DNA of 63,957 nucleotides, filler included, from Albugo candida (lineage: Eukaryota): assembly GCA_040437565.1 (NCBI GenBank). It is 6 parts of 6 records of this genome, joined end to end, with 100 filler letters (N's around TTAATTAATTAA, not from the genome) between each part and the next. Parts side by side here need not be neighbours in the genome. Positions count along the whole stretch, not along the records: positions 11,437 to 22,439 come from JBDOQK010000112.1; 5 more parts are not named here. One strand, given 5' to 3'. Positions 11,437-22,539 of this stretch are shown here, one piece after another. Position numbers and translations under genes: made by a program. The notes under the pieces were generated by a model that saw only the letters and a program-made list of their open reading frames with translations, did no database searches and had not been told where the DNA came from. Each line of letters begins with the position of its first letter. Position 1 is the stretch's first letter.

Positions 11437-11774
11437 TAAAAATACGGTTTGATTTACTCATCTATGTATTGCAAAAAATTGTCTCAAGCAAAAAAAAAAA
11501 AATGCGACCAAAATTCAGCTTAAGTCAAAAGAGTGAGGTATATATGAGCTAGAAAATAATAATCACCAATCCATGTTCAGCTGTCAAGACATATTATACA
11601 TAGATATTATACACACTACAATCCTATATTTTTACAGCTCTATTGAACGATTATACAATTTTTTATTATCTTTTTATCTAACTGTTTTCGTTCTCTAGAA
11701 GAGCTAGAGAGGGCCCATTTTTAAAACAATGCTGAAGCTGGTCCCTCTAAAATTTTAGGGTACACAAAGAATTT

Positions 11775-12132
11775 CCTTCTATGTCGAGTAAACGAAAAAT
11801 ATTTTGGTCCTCGTATCAAGCTGAAACTTTGCATACATACTTGCCCCAATATCAATAAACGTTGATAAAAGTCTCAATCTGTTTCGATGAAAAACTGTGA
11901 AGATATATCTATTTATTCAAATTTACTCGACATATATGGTAATCTGTATACCTTCCATCTATGTCGAGTAAATTTCGACCTCTTCCTTTTAAGCTTAAAT
12001 TAAGTGTCAATAGTTATCATGTTATTATAAACCTGCGGTACAAGTTTCAGATGAATCGTCTAAAAAATGGTCTTTTATTTCAACTTTTCATTTTTTATCA
12101 AATTTTACTCGACATAGAAGGAAGGTATACAG
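11775..12132. repeat. Nested inverted repeats (core TATGTCGAGTAAA, four copies in alternating orientation); MITE/foldback-like
   Basis: Copies at ~11780(+), ~11920(-), ~11960(+), ~12104(-); 11944-11972 pairs with 12104-12132 with one mismatch. Confidence 0.7.
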
Positions 12133-13242
12133 TGCCCATTCATGGTTAGTATCCCCTCTGGGAGTAGCACAAATCTATAAAAGGCGATTTTCCAGGCAGG
12201 GGGAGAGCTAACAACTTACAAAATGTTAAACGAGATTATTACCAGCGTATGTAAGGTGCTCAATGAGGAGGAAACAGAAGAATTATTCCTACCTGTAGTA
12301 GATAAAAGAGGAAAGTCATCACCCATATCCCATATGAAATAAACAATCCAGGGTTTCTGCTAGGTCATCAAATAATATTATGGCATTATTGGAAAATGTA
12401 GGTGGAGCTTCGGAAGCAAAGTTGCTGGCGAACCGAATGAAAAAAATCATAAGCTGTTATATTAAAATAGAGAGCTTAAGGGATCACCGCGTTGTTGGAT
12501 AATAAGGTTAGTAGTAGCAGTGTGTACATTATTGATATTACATAATTTGAATATTATTGGTATATATAAAAAAAAGGATGTAATATTTTAAATAATAGCC
12601 ATAGGCATATTGAATTGTTCCATAATGCGCTGTAGGTATTGAAAATGAATGCGGTCATACACCTTTTCTTGATCTGAAAGTAAGGCAATGGTTGAAGAGT
12701 TGTTATTATAAATAGCAGGTATTTCAAACAAGAAGTAAATCAAAAAAGCAAAAAAACAGCATATTCTTTTATCATTTTTTATTGGTCGAACAAGAGATTT
12801 CAGAAAAGGATCTCTGCATATATTTTTTTTACTTCTTTTTCTTTTTTACTTATTTTTTTTACTTTTTTTATATATACCTTTGCAGTTTACTTAACTCGCT
12901 GAATGCCCTGGAGCTGTTACCACTGGTAAGAAGGTCTATATCAGAGCCAATTTCTTTCAAGTTATCTGTTTCCCTACTCAAAGCATCTACCATTATGATG
13001 TCGCCATTGATCCCCCTAATGCTCCACGTAAGGTATGAAAGTCTTTTGAAGACGCTAATGCAAGTATTCTCGCTAGCTATCCACATAAACAAAAATGATT
13101 ATCGGTTATATGACATTAAGATAAAATCTTCCAAAGAAGTTAGGATTTATAATTGATTAATAACAATAATGCCACAGTAGTCAAAAAATAAAAATCAAAA
13201 ACAACTAAACTTTATTATTATGTAGGTAAAAAAACATCTTCT

Positions 13243-15201
13243 TCAATTATTTTCATCAATTTTCTCCTTTCTGACAGCAACTGGACTTTCACATTCATCT
13301 CTTCTAAATTTTCTTCTTTCTTCCTCCTTTTCATCTCTTCCTTCTCCTTCGATTGCTTCATACAATCTGTTAACGACTCCTTCGACAATTACCTATTTTG
13401 AGTTGTTAGAATATTAGCTTTTTCCTTGGTTAATTAATTATTGGATCAATTTTATATTTTACCTGGATTTGATGTAATTTCTCCATGATGCCAGGTACAA
13501 GCAAAAAATCGTCGAAACTATCTCTCACAAGGAAGAAAGTACTAAGCTCAATCATTCTATACTGACCATCGTATTCTAAATCCATTTTGAATACGGTGGC
13601 TTTGTAGCCTATTTTATATGTAATCAGTGACACCATTTATGTGTAATTGCTAAAATCACCATCTTATTACCTTCAACCAACAAAGAAACAATCATGGGCT
13701 TTCTCACATTACTTTCTATTAACTTATCTAAAGCCAATTTCATTTCTTTACCAAGCTTTACAATATCGGTTTCTAAATGACCGTTTGATACATTGCCTGG
13801 CTTTTTTACCTCTACAATGAATAGCTCAAAGTTACCAGTAGTAATTGGATTAACATACAAGGTAAAATCGGGAATCATGACTTGGCCCTTCTTTGATATC
13901 ATTCTGTATGTCATCCTAATGATTGTGTCAATGATTAAAATCTATCGTATTATTTACATGTACAATAATATATATATACCATTCTGTCTTTAATCCTTTT
14001 GTTTTAAATACAATACAATTTAAAAGAAAAGGTCTTAATGTCTCTACTGTTAAATTTGATTCGGATTCTTTTGTATTATTATGATTTGTAACAGTATATA
14101 ACAAAGATGAAATAATCTTAACTGCTGCTTTTTGATCTTTATTGCTTGTAGTAACAATCATTTCATCCAACTTATTGTTGTATTCGTCTTCTTGAATCAT
14201 TTTAATTATTCTATGACATGCGATTACGACGCTTTCATCAACTGCTTTATACTCCTTCTTGACTTCGAGGCTCTTTAAGATCAATGACTTTTCTGTTGGA
14301 TTCATTTTATATAATATGGAAGATTGGTTTGACTTAGAAAATAAAAAAATATAGGATAATGACCTTAAAAGACAACGTTAATAACCTAACTGGATAAAAT
14401 TACTATAACTTACAAAATACGGCTATTTGATAAGATTTTGCGCATTTGTGCGCCTTTGATAGATTCATTGCGGTAATCGCGCAATGAACTTGAAATATTT
14501 TTGCCATTAATAAACCACTACATAAAAAAGCATCAGTAAAGATACCAAACCCTCATTCTACGCATAATAATCTTACACATCCTTCAGAATCAGCACCAAA
14601 ATTAGTCTCAGCATATGTTCTACTAACGTATACCTTGACGAACTTCCTTGCTTGCTTGGGCTCTGCACTGCCCCACGAACTGATACTTCTTCCATCTACT
14701 TCTTCTGCTTCTTTTCTCTTGCCTAAAACTACTTTTCAATATAAAAAACATTAGTCATGTATTAGCACTACGTTAGTATTTAAAGTACCTTGGGAAGCCT
14801 CAGAAAGGGTTTGGTTGTTAACAACAACATTAATGGAGTCGTTGATGATAAAGTTGTTGTTGTAAGTAGCATTGCTACTGCTTGCATTCTCCTTCTTCTT
14901 TCCGCTAAACTTGGGTAAGAACTTTGATGTAATGTTCTTTTTTGTAACAGTAAGGATAAGCATTTGTAGAAATTAAATTTTTTTAAAAAAAAGTATTTAC
15001 CTCCCAGTTTTCCAAATATTTTCTGGCTACTGCCGCTTTTTCACCGTCGTCTTCCTCCTTAGATACTTCCACTAATTGTTTTTTCAAATAGTGTAGTATA
15101 TTGCGTACAGGTAACTGCGGTTCATCTTGTTCAATTTCTTCAAAAGCGGATTTCATGGACCATTGGTCGACGTTAGTATTTAGGAAGTAGTTAGAAACCA
15201 T
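13243..15201 (-). CDS. Intron-rich PD-(D/E)XK restriction-endonuclease-fold protein of the type expanded in Mucorales (Crinkler/CR-REase-like)
   Basis: Exon 1 15201-15001 (GT..AG intron 15000-14937), further short GT-AG introns; motif IPDF...FELFIVEVKK...DIVKLGKEMK.ALD...LLVEG...MDLEYDGQYRM; stop TGA at 13243-13245. Confidence 0.75.
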
Positions 15202-16458
15202 TATTAATAGAGGAAGCGGGAAAGAGCAAGAGAAAAAATAGTAAACTCTTTTAATTTATGTTTGCAGCTCTTCATGAATAAATACAAACAATATGAATAG
15301 TCAAAATGAGAGGTGAGAACATTACATTACATAACAGAGCATCAGCAAACTTTTACACAGTTCGGGTAGGTGTTACACAACTAGCTTAAATAATCAATAG
15401 TCGGAAATAATTAAGGGATCTAGTACACCTAATTATTTTATGACTAAAATGTTTGATTTTGTATAGAAGGCATGTTCAAAGTGCAAAAGATTAATAGATA
15501 GCTGTTGGCCGTATTATGTTACTCGAACAAGGGGATGAGTATACGGCGTAACCTAAGAGAATATATTATAGCAACAACTGTTTCGTTATTCGACCAAATA
15601 GGGAGGGAGAGCTTACTCAAGTTTATATAAGCATGAACCAATTTGTTGGTTTTCATTTTTTTTTACTAATCCGGCGATCGCTAGTAGCCCACTACAAGCG
15701 ATCGTTGGTTACGTTTATTTATTTATTTTTTTGCTTTTGCTTAGTAAAATATGTCTCAGAGATAAGTTACCATTGTAAAAGGAAAAGCTTGGGTGCTATA
15801 GTAAAATACTTTTATTTTTACTGCATGTGATGCGTAGTTAAACTGCTATTAAAATAGTTTCCTTCTTTTCACAATTATTTAACATTAGTAGACATAGCAA
15901 CTATTTTTTTGGTGAAGACGCTAAGTAATCACCATATTCTATGTAAGTATGTAAATAGTAAATAGCCTATCGGTATATTACAGCAGTATCTAACATTTCT
16001 TTTTTTATAAGGAGAAGATTTTGTTCATTAAACGTAATTTGTATAACTAGCATATTATTGACATAATATGTTTTGTGTAGATAGTGGTTAACTCTCTACA
16101 TTACCCTTTCGGTTGCTAGCATATGTTTAATATTTTACAAACGCAGTGAATTAAAAAAAAATGGTTTATTGTAATAAAAAAAAATAGTTTATTTTGATAC
16201 TAGTGTGTAATTTGTTGAGTCAAAAGTAGCGCAAAAATAAAAGAGATAGTACTAGATATTTGAAGTAAAGCATTTTGATGTTCTTTCCATTGTTCTGCTT
16301 TTGAACCAGAGTCTCTGAAAGTGTTACCATGGGGGCCAGTTAAATATCAAGGTGAAGAAAGAATCTATTTTTTAATTGCATTTGTTAGTTGGCTACTAAA
16401 AAATTAATCATTAGTACTTATCTTTAAAAAAGGGGGTTTCTTATCTCTCTAGTAAGCT

Positions 16459-16610
16459 GGAACAAGTGCAGATCTTACTAGTCATCAGGTCTACCAAAGT
16501 CGAGCGGAAACAAGTGCAGACCTCAGTCTTGGCTTACCCAGATAATGATACCGGAACAAGTGCAGATCATAAATGTGAGGACCCCATCGGGTTCAGTGGA
16601 ACAAGTGCAG
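16459..16610 (+). repeat. Regularly interspaced short direct repeats: 4 x GGA(A)ACAAGTGCAG with dissimilar 33, 32 and 31 nt spacers
   Basis: Repeats start at 16459, 16506, 16553 and 16598 (period 47, 47, 45). Confidence 0.9.
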
Positions 16611-16746
16611 CTTACTACCTCTGTTGATGATTAGAGAAAAGAACCCAACTTTTTATTTTTTCCAAAAATCCTCCCTTTTTATTTAATTCATAAATACTTC
16701 GATGACATCATCATATCAAGTTTGCCCAATTTACTAGAGGGATTTG

Positions 16747-16854
16747 GCATCCCCTTATACCATTGCATTTTTAGAAGGGGTTTGAATTTTTCCCCAGCAG
16801 CAGTACCGTATAAATTTAAACCCCTTCTAAAAATGCAATGGTATAAGGGGATGC
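16747..16854. repeat. Near-perfect palindrome: 43-bp arms, one mismatch, 22-nt spacer
   Basis: GCATCCCCTTATACCATTGCATTTTTAGAAGGGGTTTGAATTT (16747-16789) versus 16812-16854. Confidence 0.95.
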
Positions 16855-17416
16855 AGTTTTAAGTTTAATTCTGCATCGTTTGGTTTACTTTATTGATATA
16901 CCTATATATGTCTAACAAAAAGACGGCTTATTATCCGTTTTTTGAATTTTTGGTTTTTCTATAATACTCGCGGCATAATAGATAAAATTAAAGAATTCTA
17001 ACATAGACACCTACATTTTGCTGTTATATTGCATGCAAACAATATCCACCACTCTCGCTATTCGATGACACCTTTTATTGCTTCAGTAGTATTGATTTAT
17101 TTCATATCTCTGATTTTCGCAAGGGGACACTTTTGCAAAAGTCTCAGCTAATAATATTTGCAAATTCAAACACTCCTTAATTTTGGAAGATTTAAGTAAA
17201 TCGCAATATTTTTATAAATACGTTTTCAGTTTTGAAAGGAAGTATATATCCAGCATAGCTGGTTAAATCTGATTTATTTTCTTTTTGTGTTTTTTAATTT
17301 TTTTTTTTTTTTTTTTTTGTGTACTTTGTTATTTGAAATTACAACACTTTTTTTTAATCAAGCCAAGCCTATTTACTTTTATTCTGTCCACTCTATTTTT
17401 TTACTTACCCTGTGTG

Positions 17417-19870
17417 ATGTCTGGTCCTTCTGGTAACTCTAACTCTGTTTCTTCTACTACTATGGAAGTTGGTCCTATTCCTACGTCTCTTGCTAAATAT
17501 ATTGCTGAAATGATGGTTTTGATCAAGCGTAACTCTGATGAAACTTCGACTATTGCTTTCCAATTAGACGATGTCTCATTATCTGAAGAAGCTCGTCAAT
17601 AATTAGATGATAGGTAGGCTGTTTCCGAGTCAAGTATTGAAAGGTTGTCTGGCTCAGTGCTTCGTTTACAAAGGGCTGCTGCTGCTACTACTCCTGTTGC
17701 AGGTCCTGTTGTGAAGCAACAACCTAATGTTTGTCCTCGTAATCTACCTCTTTTCCAGTGGGAAAATGCAATTTTTGATCACCCTTCTTCTGTTTGCGTT
17801 TCTGTCTCTTGCTCGCGTAAGTTCGAAAATGTCTTGTTAGCACATGTGGTTTAATTTTAGATGATATTTTTTTGAGTTCGGTTCATTGGTTGTTTTTGCA
17901 TCATCAACACGTACTCTGTGGGTATGAGCAGTTTTTATTCAGTACAAAGTACGATGTGAAAGCAGCTCCTTTTACTTAGGTTGATTTCAAGATTGCTGTT
18001 ACTAGTCGTTATGGTCGTACAGTGGATGAAGATCGTGCTACGTATGCTGTTGAACTGGTGAACATTGTTACGAATAATGATGAATTTTTGTTCAATTTTA
18101 TTGATCGTTTTAGTGATCTTCGAATATTCGTCGTCATACTGTTGACCAGGTATTGCCTTCTTCTGTATAGATTGATAAGTTTTTGCGTGCTCTTCGTGAA
18201 AAGGTGATTGTGTCTAAATTGGTTATCCCATTTCCACATTTATTATAATAGGAAAAGAATTTTAGCCAAATCTGATTTTTTTACTACTGATAAGGATCCT
18301 TTTATTATTCTTGGAACAGATTTTTCGCCTAAATTGGGATTAGGTATGTAGACGGATTAGTTTCATTATGATTTGATTACGCTGATCTTCAGTTACCTTC
18401 TCCAATTGATCCTAATCTTGTTCAACCAAATAATACTCCTGTTGGTACTAATAGTGACCGACGCATTATACTTGCTACACTTCAGCCTTTGTTTGATGCT
18501 AACGTTGCTATTGATTCTAAATCTACTTCTTGTAATCTGAAAGGTGCTATAATTAAGTTAGAAATTCACCCTAAGCAAGTTGCATATAGAAAGCATTACC
18601 CTGTGCCATCGGCGTATAAGGAAGCTGTTATGAATCAATCAGAAGTTTGGAAAGAGGAAGGCGGTATTGAGCTTGCTCAAAGTTTTTCTGGTTTTAATAG
18701 TCCACTTCTTGTTGTTAGTAAAAATGATAGTACTGGGTGCTTATTCGTACAAGAAACCTCGTGCTGTTGCTGATGTGAGCCTTTAGATTCAATTCTCCTT
18801 TCTGTCGATAAACTCAATATCCCCTTACTTTCTGACATTTACCATCGGTATAGTAATGCTGATATTATTACCTGTATTGATATCAAGTCTTGTTTTACTA
18901 ATTTTCTTGTCAATCCTGCAGATAAACACAAGTTAGCTTTCACTTGTCATTTTACGAATGCTCAATACGTTTTTCGTAAAGTTTGTTTTGGTATTACCTT
19001 TATGGGTAATTTGGTTCAACGAGTTTTAACAACTCTCTTTCGTGGTTTACCCTATGTTTCTATTTATATGGATGATATCGGTGTTACTACTAATGGTGAT
19101 ATTAAACATTATACTGATTGTGTTGCTGAAGTTATCCGTCGCCTTACTGCTGCTAATTTAAAGATTGCTCCTAAAAAAATTGTTCTTGCTCAAAATAGTG
19201 TACATATTCTTGGTTGGACTATCGTTCAAGGTAAATTGATGCCTGATCCTCGTAAGGTTGCTACTGTTCACGCCTGGCCTCTTTCCAAGACTGGTAAAGA
19301 TGTCATGCATAATATGGGTTTCTTCAATTACTTTCGTTCGGCTATTCCTGGTTATAGTAAATTGGCTGCTCCTTTGGATTATTTACGTTCTTACAAGTCG
19401 TTGGATGGTGTTTTGACTGCGGTACGTGCTCAAGCATTTAAAAATTTACAATTGGCGTTAGCCTCTGCTCTTACTTTAACCTCTCCCAATTTTTCTTACC
19501 ATATGTACATCGCTACAGACGCTTCCTTGACTGGTATTGGTGGTATTATCTATTTCATTAAAGGTAATATTGTTAATTACGTGGCTATGGCTAGTTGCAT
19601 GCTGTCTACCTCAGAAATGAATTATTCCATTACGAAACGCGAACTGTTAGGCATTGTTTACATGTTGATCAAGTTCCATAGATGGTTGTTTGGTATTTGT
19701 TTTACGTTGCACACTGATCATTGTCGTCTCAGTCAGTTCCAAATGCTATGATGTTAAATTAGTATAAAGTTATTTTTGATATTGTTCGCATTCCCGGTAT
19801 TACCAATATTATTCCTGATGCTCTTAGTCGATTGTTCTCTGATGGCGATGTCGACAATCTGGAAGGCGGT
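17417..19870 (+). mobile_element. Decayed Ty3/Gypsy retrotransposon (gag, RT, RNase H; integrase not seen)
   Basis: gag-like CPRNLPLFQWE; RT FNSPLLVV and SIYMDD (~19065); RNase H ATDAS, YSITKRELLGIV, LHTDH, then IPDALSRL; frameshifted; LTRs not defined. Confidence 0.88.
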
Positions 19871-20099
19871 AAGTTATTGAACAAAAATAAGAAAAAGAAA
19901 GTTTTTTATAATAAAAAAAAAACAGAATGATCCCCAAGCGATGATTGCTTCGGTAATCAAAAAAATTAAAATTGTAATCGCTGATGCAACCCCCAATTTT
20001 TTGACGAAGACGAAGATAGAAAGGATATAGGTTGCAACCAACCTAGCTGAAGAGCAGAGAGCAGGTTGCTGTATAGCTATATTATAGATTGCTAAGCAG

Positions 20100-20450
20100 A
20101 CCTAAAGCCCCGTTGAAATCTTGGTAAGCAAACAGTATTAAAATCGACCTTCTTCTTGCACTATGTCGTATAATAGCCATTATAATAACAAGAAGGGTCA
20201 TCTTCTTGGAATATAAGGCGTGTCCTGTGTTTCTCAGAATGTATTTTCTCAAGCTAGGAGAAAAAATCATTGTTCAAACAATGGACATATCTGTCCTGAT
20301 TGACATCGCCACGCGTAGTCACCAAAGCACCTTACTTTCTAGCCCAAAACGCCTCCAAATCATGATAGAACTTTTACCTAATTTGAAGGTAGATAATATG
20401 AATCTTTCATGCAGTCTCTCACCCACCTTAGTTGTACATATTGCTACACG
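20100..20450 (-). mobile_element. Tc1-like transposase fragment
   Basis: Manual minus-strand translation: GERLHERFILSTFKLGKSSIMIW ... GDVNQDRYVHCL ... LIFQEDDPSC, resembling the Tc1 DDE core; frameshifted. Confidence 0.7.
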
Positions 20451-20473
20451 GTAAAATAAATAAGTGTTTTTAC

Positions 20474-21776
20474 TGGAGCGAACCAATTTTTGACAAACTC
20501 TACCGCCTATAGGGCCTATTTAAATTGAATCCTGCATCCTTTTTCTTGTTGTTGGAAGTTTTTAAAAAAAGAGAAATGTAAAAAGGCAAAAAGTATATAT
20601 ATTTAAACAAATTCATTCAAGTTTTTATCTTTAAATTTTACAATTAGTTGTTATACACTTAACATTAATTTTTTTATCGTTATAATAATCTATTTTTTAT
20701 TCCGTATATTTGGTTATTACTTTATACTTTTTTATTATCATTTTACATTACACTTTGAATCCGCTGGTTAATACTTTATTCCATTGTACTTAGTTTACTT
20801 TTTTTTACTCTACTTTGTTGTACAATTTAAGCCGTCCTACTTCTTCAACAACAGGAACTGGCGCTCGCTACTTTTATCTCTTGTTTCTACTATATAACTG
20901 CTTACTATCACAAAAACTAAAATTTACAACACACAGAGATAATATCATATATACTACTATTTACACACCAATTTCACTTCACTACCGCTAATCAATAGTA
21001 CATATTATATACGTTTACCTGTATATAACACCAATATTCTACAGATGCAGGTACAAGATATCTTCGAATATCTATGACTAATCGTTATGTTATGTCTGAA
21101 CGAAATGACAAATTCTATATTCGCTTGGCGGTAACCTCATCCAGTTTATTTAAATAGAGAACATGTTTATAATAAAAAAGTCTTTGAGATACCTTTTTGC
21201 AGCCGATTAATTCTATACCTTTTAATTTTCTCTGTTTTTTGTATGCAGTTTCAAATCATAACAACGCAAAAGAATCTGAGTCAGATTTGACAGTAGAGAT
21301 ATGAAGATCTATTTTTATTTTAAATTGCGTCGTACACAAGACAAAAGGCTTAAAACCCCAATGGTATATGTCGTATATGGAAATAATACGGTATATTTAA
21401 TCACTGACACAAGCTTTAGGATGACTTATAGAATGATATCCGCTATCCGCGAAAGGGTGAATTGTGATCCTTAATTTTCTCGTCTCAACCAATGAGACTA
21501 TGATGGTACGACGATTCTTGTCGCTTGAAGACCATGAACATTGAATTTCTTTATAAACATTGTCGTCAATAACTTTGTATGTATTGTTCCTCGCTGAAGG
21601 TAAAGAGCCAGGCAACATGTCTATAGCCATTTGGAAACAGACATCGTCAAAATTGCAAATATAAAAATAAAAACAAAAATAAAGATAAAAGACCGAGAGA
21701 TTGTTGCTTTGTTATTAGTGGAAAGTATATAACAAGTTGGTTTACATAGCAGTTGTAAAAAAGTGGTTGCGCTCCA
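20474..21776. mobile_element. Putative non-autonomous TIR element with ~24-bp degenerate inverted repeats
   Basis: TGGAGCG-AACCAATTTTTGACAA (20474-20496) versus reverse complement of 21753-21776, TGGAGCGCAACCACTTTTTTACAA; no TSD identified. Confidence 0.4.
21239..21363 (+). pseudogene. Isolated exon fragment paralogous to the PD-(D/E)XK gene at 13243-15201
   Basis: LYAVSNHNNAKESESDLTVEI*RSIFILNCVVHKTKGLKPQW versus LYTVTNHNNTKESESNLTVETLRPFLLNCIVFKTKGLKTEW, followed by the same GTATAT donor. Confidence 0.85.
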
Positions 21777-22439
21777 ATTGTTTTTTTCCAGCAGGCAGAC
21801 ATATAAAAAAAATTTATGAGAAGAGTTTAACTATTTTACGCTTATTGTAAGCATTCTGGCATGACGCCTCTCAATTTCTTCCGCTTTTATAGAGACTCAC
21901 TTATTACATTGTGTTTAAATAAGACCATGATGGTTTTTTTACAATACAAATAATAATCACTTCATTCTATTAAAAATATAACACTTTTGTTTAAACAAAA
22001 GATATAATAAAAGTTGTAGGCACCACTTAGATTTATTATCGCTGGAGTTCCTTTCAATCTGCTTAAACTGTGTCTGGTAGGGAGACTGCCACTGTTTTAC
22101 TGTTGTAATTTATTAAAGCGTTAGATCCTGTTGTGTAAATGGATAATACTACCTCTTGTAAAAGACTAAAATCGGATATATTATTACGTATATAAGGCGC
22201 AAGTCGCCGGGTTGTCTAACATTTCGAGTAAGTTGCCGTGTAGGAGGAAGAGAAAATTTAGCAATCAAAACAACCAAAATAGATCATCATGGATCTAAAT
22301 ATACAAAAAAAAAAAAAAAAAAAGCTTTTATTAAATTTGTTATATTTTGGTAAAAGCGGTATAAACCAAGCAGTTATACAATCTGATCTCATACTGCCTT
22401 CTCGTTAAGTAGTGTTATTGAGTGCAAAATTGGGCTTAA

Positions 22440-22539
22440 NNNNNNNNNNNNNNNNNNNNNNNNNNNNNNNNNNNNNNNNNNNNTTAATTAATTAANNNNN
22501 NNNNNNNNNNNNNNNNNNNNNNNNNNNNNNNNNNNNNNN
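22440..22539. other. Artificial contig linker
   Basis: 44 N, TTAATTAATTAA, 44 N. Confidence 0.99.

Noticed and set aside
12600-13092. Minus-strand exon-like pieces downstream of the nuclease gene
   Set aside because: Possibly a gene relic, but no recognisable motif or consistent splice model.
16430-16500. Hammerhead ribozyme on the minus strand (CTGATGA followed by an 8-bp stem CTAGTAAG/CTTACTAG)
   Set aside because: The required GAAA does not follow stem II (AGAG instead), and stems I and III could not be built.
16459-16610. Bona fide CRISPR array
   Set aside because: Repeat only 13-15 bp, four units, eukaryotic context, no cas genes; kept only as an unexplained spaced repeat.
17245-17275. 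tRNA-like CAGCATAGCTGGTTAA upstream of the Gypsy gag
   Set aside because: No T-arm or acceptor stem; too short to call a tRNA or PBS.
11437-22439. Horizontal transfer of fungal DNA into the oomycete
   Set aside because: The segment is bounded by artificial linkers on both sides, so there is no physical junction with host-like DNA.
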